DNA of 64,000 nt, taken from the NCBI GenBank assembly GCA_050250895.1, contig JBFWNU010000001.1:1160008-1224007 (forward strand). The letters are read 5' to 3'. The notes below the pieces were generated by a model that saw nothing but the letters and a program-made list of their open reading frames with translations, was not told the origin of the DNA and made no database searches. Source of the DNA: Vulcanimicrobiota bacterium (GTDB lineage Bacteria; Vulcanimicrobiota; Xenobia; Xenobiales; JADMJV01). The translations under genes were made by a program, and so were the position numbers. Below are positions 59,322 to 64,000 of the stretch, one piece after another (the first letter of the stretch is position 1; each line of letters starts with the position of its first letter).

Positions 59322-60712
59322 TGATGGCCCGCCCGTGGAAGGGTTTGCTGATGGGGGCGGCTCTGCTAGGGGGATTGACCCTGGCGCTGCCCGCTCAGAC
59401 GACCCAGAAAGATAGTGAAGAGCCCTTGAAGTTGGCCGTGGTCGACTACAAGGTGCTGATCAAAGCCCACCCCGATTTCGACAAGTTGCAGCAGCTCGAC
59501 GAGCAGTTGCGCCTGCTCGAGGGCCAAAAAGCCCAGGTCGAACGCGAGGCCAAGTCCAAGCTGTTCGACAACGCCAAGGACAAGATGGCCAAAGCCGTGG
59601 CCGAGGGGCGTTCCAAGCTCGAGGCCGAGAAGGCCGCCATCGAAAGCGAACTGGCCAACCTGTCGGCCCATTTGGGCCAGCAAATGGCGGCCGAGATGCA
59701 GGGCTTGCAAGCTGGCTATGAAGATCAGATCAAAAAGAAGATCGAAGAGCTGACCGGGGGGGCTCGGCCCGAGGCTCCCAGCGCTCCCGATCTCAACCAG
59801 TCGATGAACGCCCAGGATAAGGAGTTCATGGAGAATCTGGGGCTGATTCGCGAGCGCAACCTGGCCGCCCGCCGGCTCGAGCTAGAGAAGCGCCTGACCT
59901 CCGAACTCGAGGCGGAAAGGTCTCGCCTCGACGCTGAGCTGGGGGCCTATGAAGACCAGCTCAATGCCCAGTATCAGAGCGAGAAGCTCAATCTGCAGCT
60001 GCAGGTGCAGAATTCGGCTGACGAGGAAGAGCGCAAAGCGGCCGAAGCCCGTCTGGGCGAGATTTCGAACGAGATCGCCGATAAGAAGCAGGCCCGTCGG
60101 GCCGAGATCGATTCGGGTTTCGGTTCGTTCCGCTCGGAAAAGCAGCAGGCTGTCCAGTCAGAACTGGCCACTTATCAGCGGGAACTCGACTCCGAAGTGC
60201 GCCAGAAGATGGTGGGTCGGGGCGGCCACTCGCCCGCTCCTCAGAATCCCCCTGCGGCTGCCAACGTCGACCGCGAGATCAAAGAGCGGATTGCTCAGGT
60301 TCAGGCCTCTCTGCAGGCCGAGCTCGAGAGCAAGAAAGCGGCTCTGCGCTCGCGCATGGAGGCCGAGTCGGCCACCGCTAGGGCCCGCCTCGAGGCCAAG
60401 CAGAAAGAGGTCGAAGCCCAGATTTACGCGGCCGAAGAACGCATCAAGAAGGAAATGGAAAAGCGCATGAGCGAGCTGCCCGACGAGCTGAAGAAACAGC
60501 TCGAAGGGGTCAACAAGCAGATTGAAGAGGTGACTGCCCAGCGGGATTCTCTCTATGAGCAGATGCGCGGCGATCTCAATGCCAAGGTCGAGAAGGTGGC
60601 GGTCCAGCAGAAAGTGCCCATGGTCATCGGCGATTTTATCGTCAATCGCACCTGCGAGGATCTGACCGACCGCGCCATGGTGGCCGTGAAGCAGATGGAG
60701 AGTACCCCATGA
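59321..60712 (+). CDS. Skp/OmpH-like protein with a very long coiled-coil insertion
   Basis: Signal peptide; N-terminal LAVVDYKVLIKAHPDF and C-terminal VEKVAVQQKVPMVI...EDLTDRAM flank roughly 370 aa of E/K/Q/A-rich helix. Confidence 0.75.
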   Translation: MMARPWKGLLMGAALLGGLTLALPAQTTQKDSEEPLKLAVVDYKVLIKAHPDFDKLQQLDEQLRLLEGQKAQVEREAKSKLFDNAKDKMAKAVAEGRSKLEAEKAAIESELANLSAHLGQQMAAEMQGLQAGYEDQIKKKIEELTGGARPEAPSAPDLNQSMNAQDKEFMENLGLIRERNLAARRLELEKRLTSELEAERSRLDAELGAYEDQLNAQYQSEKLNLQLQVQNSADEEERKAAEARLGEISNEIADKKQARRAEIDSGFGSFRSEKQQAVQSELATYQRELDSEVRQKMVGRGGHSPAPQNPPAAANVDREIKERIAQVQASLQAELESKKAALRSRMEAESATARARLEAKQKEVEAQIYAAEERIKKEMEKRMSELPDELKKQLEGVNKQIEEVTAQRDSLYEQMRGDLNAKVEKVAVQQKVPMVIGDFIVNRTCEDLTDRAMVAVKQMESTP

Positions 60713-61170
60713 AAAGCCTGTTCCGCTTCGTGCTGATGGGTTTGGCGGTGGTGTTGCTGGCGGGCTGTCAGCCCACCCAGACAAAGATCACGGTGGGCAA
60801 GATCGATACGGCCACTCTGCTGCAGAGCGACCCCGAGTATCAGGATCTGGCCACCAAGTACCTTCGCGAGCAGACCGACGTGAAGCGCGATTTTCTCGAA
60901 AGTTTGCGCAAGGCCGAGTCCGAGAGCCAGAGAACTTCCGCCAAGAACAAATACGGTGAAGCCCAGAAGGCTCTGGACAAGAAGTGGTCCGAAAAGACCC
61001 GCGAATTTCTCGAAACGCGCCACTCGGCCATCCGCACTTCGGTCGAAGAGATCTCCAAGGCCAAGAACATCGACATGGTACTCATCGACAGCAAGATGTA
61101 TCCCACCATCGAGTGGGGCGCCATCGACATCACTCAAGACGTTCAGCTCAAGCTGACTCAACAGAAATGA
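60709..61170 (+). CDS. Skp/OmpH-like lipoprotein
   Basis: Lipobox LAGC; VGKIDTATLL...VEEISKAKNIDMVLID...IDITQDV. Confidence 0.85.
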   Translation: MKSLFRFVLMGLAVVLLAGCQPTQTKITVGKIDTATLLQSDPEYQDLATKYLREQTDVKRDFLESLRKAESESQRTSAKNKYGEAQKALDKKWSEKTREFLETRHSAIRTSVEEISKAKNIDMVLIDSKMYPTIEWGAIDITQDVQLKLTQQK

Positions 61171-61598
61171 AGAGACTGCTAACTTGCCTGTTGGTGGCCC
61201 TGGTCGCCACCGCCTGCGCCCAGAAGGACCGTCCCCTCAAGGTCGGGGTGCTCGACACCGTGCGAGCGCTCGAGAGCCAGCCCGAGGTGGCCGGTTTTCG
61301 CATGGAGTGGGCTCAGGAGGTGGGCGAGATCTATCTGCGACTTCAGAAGGTCAAGACCCCGGAGTCCTATCAGGATCTGAGCAAGAACGTCATGAAGCGC
61401 AATGAAGAGTGGCGCAAAGAGGTCGACCAGTTCCTCAACAAGTCGGTGGAAGTGGTGCGAGCGCAAGCGGTCGAGGTGGCCAAGGAGAAAGACCTCGACA
61501 TCGTGGTGCTCGACACCAGTTTCATGAACTCGGTCCAGTATTACAACGGGGAAGATATCACTCTGGACGTTATCGTCAAGATGAAGAATAAGAGCTAG
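61167..61598 (+). CDS. Skp/OmpH-like lipoprotein
   Basis: Start reassigned to ATG 61167 (ATGA overlap); lipobox-like ATAC; VGVLDTVRAL...VAKEKDLDIVVLD...EDITLDVI. Confidence 0.85.
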   Translation: MKRLLTCLLVALVATACAQKDRPLKVGVLDTVRALESQPEVAGFRMEWAQEVGEIYLRLQKVKTPESYQDLSKNVMKRNEEWRKEVDQFLNKSVEVVRAQAVEVAKEKDLDIVVLDTSFMNSVQYYNGEDITLDVIVKMKNKS

Positions 61599-61601
61599 TC
61601 T

Positions 61602-62291
61602 GTGCGTCATCCTCAGAGTGTGGTGGATACGGCCGCCGTCCTGGCCGACGATGTAGTGGTTGGGCCGGGGGCGGTGGTCGAGGCCGAAGCCGAGTTGGCC
61701 GAAGGCGTGGTCGTCGAATCCTGTGCCTATGTGGGACCACGAGTCAAGGTCGGCGCTCGCAGTCGCATCGCCAGCGGGGCGATTCTGCTAGAGGACACCC
61801 GGGTAGGTGCCGATTGCGTGATCGAGGCCGGCGCCGTGCTCGGTTGTCGCGGGTTTGGCTATGTCGAGGATGGTGGCCAGCACCTGCCCATTCCCCAGGT
61901 GGGCCGAGTCGTCTTGGAGGATGGGGTCACCATCGGGTCCGGCAGTTGTCTTGATCGAGCCACCACCGGAGAAACGCGCATCGGCAAGAAGAGTCGCCTG
62001 GGCACACTGGTGCAGGTGGCCCACAACGTTCGACTGGGCGAAGAAGTCGAGGTGGGGTCGCACTGCGGGTTGGCTGGCAGCGGCACCATCGGCAGCCGCA
62101 GCCGCCTGGGACACATGGTCGGCACCATCGGCCACTCTGAACTGGGCGAACAATGTCAGGTCGAAGATTTCGCCGGAGTCACGCGCACCAAGGTTCCGGC
62201 CGGGTCCTGCCTGGCCGGCTTTCCGGCCCGCACCCGGGCTGAGCTAGAAGAGATTCAGCGAGCCCTTTCTGAGTTGGGTGGGCGTGCGTGA
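61602..62291 (+). CDS. lpxD: LpxD-like hexapeptide acyltransferase lacking the N-terminal domain
   Basis: Left-handed beta-helix repeats, GFGY, IPQVGRVVLED, DRATTGET, LVQVAHNV, LAGFPA; only 229 aa. Confidence 0.75.
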   Translation: MRHPQSVVDTAAVLADDVVVGPGAVVEAEAELAEGVVVESCAYVGPRVKVGARSRIASGAILLEDTRVGADCVIEAGAVLGCRGFGYVEDGGQHLPIPQVGRVVLEDGVTIGSGSCLDRATTGETRIGKKSRLGTLVQVAHNVRLGEEVEVGSHCGLAGSGTIGSRSRLGHMVGTIGHSELGEQCQVEDFAGVTRTKVPAGSCLAGFPARTRAELEEIQRALSELGGRA

Positions 62292-64000
62292 AAATCCGGC
62301 TGGCTGTCACCTGTCTCTGGTTGTTGGCTCTGAGCCTGCCCGGGCTGGCCCAGGACGTGAGTGTAGGGGGTCGGGTCATCATGCGACTCGACACCAAGGA
62401 GGCGGCCGACGCCGTCACCGCTCGGATCGAGAAGTTGCTTTCCCAGGGCGCCGACCCCGAACAGATCAAAGCCCGCAAAGACGGAGAGGTCTTCTCCGTC
62501 TTCTGGGGCGAGGAACGGATCGTGACGGCCACGGCCGCCCTGGCCAGCGCCAACAAGAGTAGCAGCCAGAGCCTGGCCATTCGCTGGGCCGAGCAGCTCT
62601 ACGACACGGTTGGACCGGGGTTGCTCAGGGTGAAGCCGACCAGCGCCGTGTTGCCGGTCGGGGGCACGCTCGAGCTCGAGGTAGGAGGCTTAGCCGAGGG
62701 GCCGATCAGCGCCGAGGGGGGCAACGGGGTGGTGGCGGTCGATATCGACGACACCGGTATGGTGATCCTTCGGGGGCTGGCGGTGGGGCGTACCAAGGTG
62801 GTGCTAAAGCGCGGCCAGGGTCGAGTCGGAGTTCCGGTCCACGTCAAGGATTGGGCCGGCTACCCTCCCGATCGGGTCACCCTGAAGGTGACCGGCAACC
62901 CAGCTCCCGGACAGATGGTAGCCGAAGCGGGTCTGCAAGCCCTGTGGGCCCAGACCCGGGTCAATCCCGGTTGCCGGGTGCGCTTTGACGGTGGCCTGCC
63001 CGACATCCCCTCGGTGCCAAGCGGGCAGAACATGAAGTTCTCGCTGGCCATCAAGATTTCGGGCGGAGACGACTATTACCCGGTGGTGCGACGGGTGCCC
63101 ATCGAAGTGCAGTCCCTGCAGCTCGAGCCGGTCGAACCCAACTTGTTGTTGGTGAGCAATCGCCCCGAACGCGTCGACAAGGATGGAGTCCTGCTGGAGT
63201 ATACGTTTTCCAAGCAAGAGCCGTGTCGGCTGATGTACTCTCACCTCAACGAGACGCGTGGACGGCGTAATCTGTGGGTCAACCTGCAGAATCCGACGGC
63301 CGGCCCGGTCGAGGTGTTGATCGGTTGGACCTATGCCGGGCCCAACCGCAACGAGGTACATACCGGCCACTCGGCAGCGGTGCGCTTTCTCGACCAGCTG
63401 GGCAAGGGAGCCGGCTACGTCATCACGCTGGCCCCTCGCGAGACTTACGAGCTAGCCTATCATGATATGGGCACCCAGGACCTGGTCAGCGGTTTCGTTA
63501 ACCTTCGCATCCTCGAAGGCGAGAAACTGCGGGCCGAGGTGATCTCGGCGCTGGCTCCTTCGCGCAACGACAGTCGCAACATGGAGCGGCTGGGCGGGCC
63601 GTTTAACCCCTTCAAGATTCATCCCCACGGCGTTTTTGCCCAGCCCTGGTTCGAAGAGTGGGTCGACTTCAAGCCCGGAGACGAACCGGTGTCGGTGCCC
63701 TATGGCAAGAGCCCGTGGCTCATCGACTTCGAAACTGGCCTGCCGAACACCGGTAACTTCGGGGTGATTTATCGCTATAATTTCGTGGTTACCAACCCCA
63801 CTCGCCAGAGCCGCCAATTTCGACTGATCTTCAACCCGGTCTCGGGACCGGGCGCGGGGACCTTCCTGGTCGACGATCAGGTGGTCGAGGCCGACTTTCG
63901 CCGCAAAGGGGTTCCTGCCACCATCTATCAGTTCACCGTTGGGCCCGGCCAGGAGCGGACCGTCAAGTTGGTGACCGTGCCCGAGGCTTCGTCGAACTAT
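62288..64000 (+). CDS. Large secreted hypothetical protein (partial, runs off the window)
   Basis: Not in the ORF track. GTG 62288 overlaps the lpxD stop; MKIRLAVTCLWLLALSLPGLAQD signal peptide; host-like frame including LLVSNRPERVDKDGVLL...RLMYSHLNE appears open to the edge. Confidence 0.8.
   Translation, partial: MKIRLAVTCLWLLALSLPGLAQDVSVGGRVIMRLDTKEAADAVTARIEKLLSQGADPEQIKARKDGEVFSVFWGEERIVTATAALASANKSSSQSLAIRWAEQLYDTVGPGLLRVKPTSAVLPVGGTLELEVGGLAEGPISAEGGNGVVAVDIDDTGMVILRGLAVGRTKVVLKRGQGRVGVPVHVKDWAGYPPDRVTLKVTGNPAPGQMVAEAGLQALWAQTRVNPGCRVRFDGGLPDIPSVPSGQNMKFSLAIKISGGDDYYPVVRRVPIEVQSLQLEPVEPNLLLVSNRPERVDKDGVLLEYTFSKQEPCRLMYSHLNETRGRRNLWVNLQNPTAGPVEVLIGWTYAGPNRNEVHTGHSAAVRFLDQLGKGAGYVITLAPRETYELAYHDMGTQDLVSGFVNLRILEGEKLRAEVISALAPSRNDSRNMERLGGPFNPFKIHPHGVFAQPWFEEWVDFKPGDEPVSVPYGKSPWLIDFETGLPNTGNFGVIYRYNFVVTNPTRQSRQFRLIFNPVSGPGAGTFLVDDQVVEADFRRKGVPATIYQFTVGPGQERTVKLVTVPEASSNY

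Overview
A GC-rich (roughly 63% by eye), gene-dense bacterial chromosomal segment from a diderm organism (bamA, Skp paralogs, lpxD-like). The gene style tentatively suggests a diderm Terrabacteria lineage such as Vulcanimicrobiota/Eremiobacterota, which is inference only. Most of the window is housekeeping or metabolic: fused 2-oxoacid dehydrogenase E1, sdhCAB, feoB with a DtxR-FeoA fusion, a two-gene glucose-family PTS, ychF, fabI, M16/M20/C11 peptidases and three tRNAs. No CRISPR array, integrase, transposase or prophage was seen. The most unusual parts are: (i) an outer-membrane biogenesis locus in which bamA is followed by four divergent Skp/OmpH-like genes (three with lipoboxes, one with two domains, one with a giant coiled-coil) and an N-terminally truncated LpxD, with a divergent beta-propeller gene and a structured bamA leader; (ii) a signalling island of REC-GGDEF, a Ser/Thr kinase-hybrid histidine kinase fusion, an ACP-FAAL-acyltransferase fusion and a convergent membrane hybrid kinase; (iii) a 1174-aa GlmS-like protein with extra domains; (iv) a PilC/GspF lacking the N-terminal segment that appears on the facing gene; (v) a hidden frameshifted VapC remnant; (vi) tandem DtxR-type operator boxes; (vii) apparent over-representation of CTCGAG. 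All product calls come from motif recognition, not database searches.
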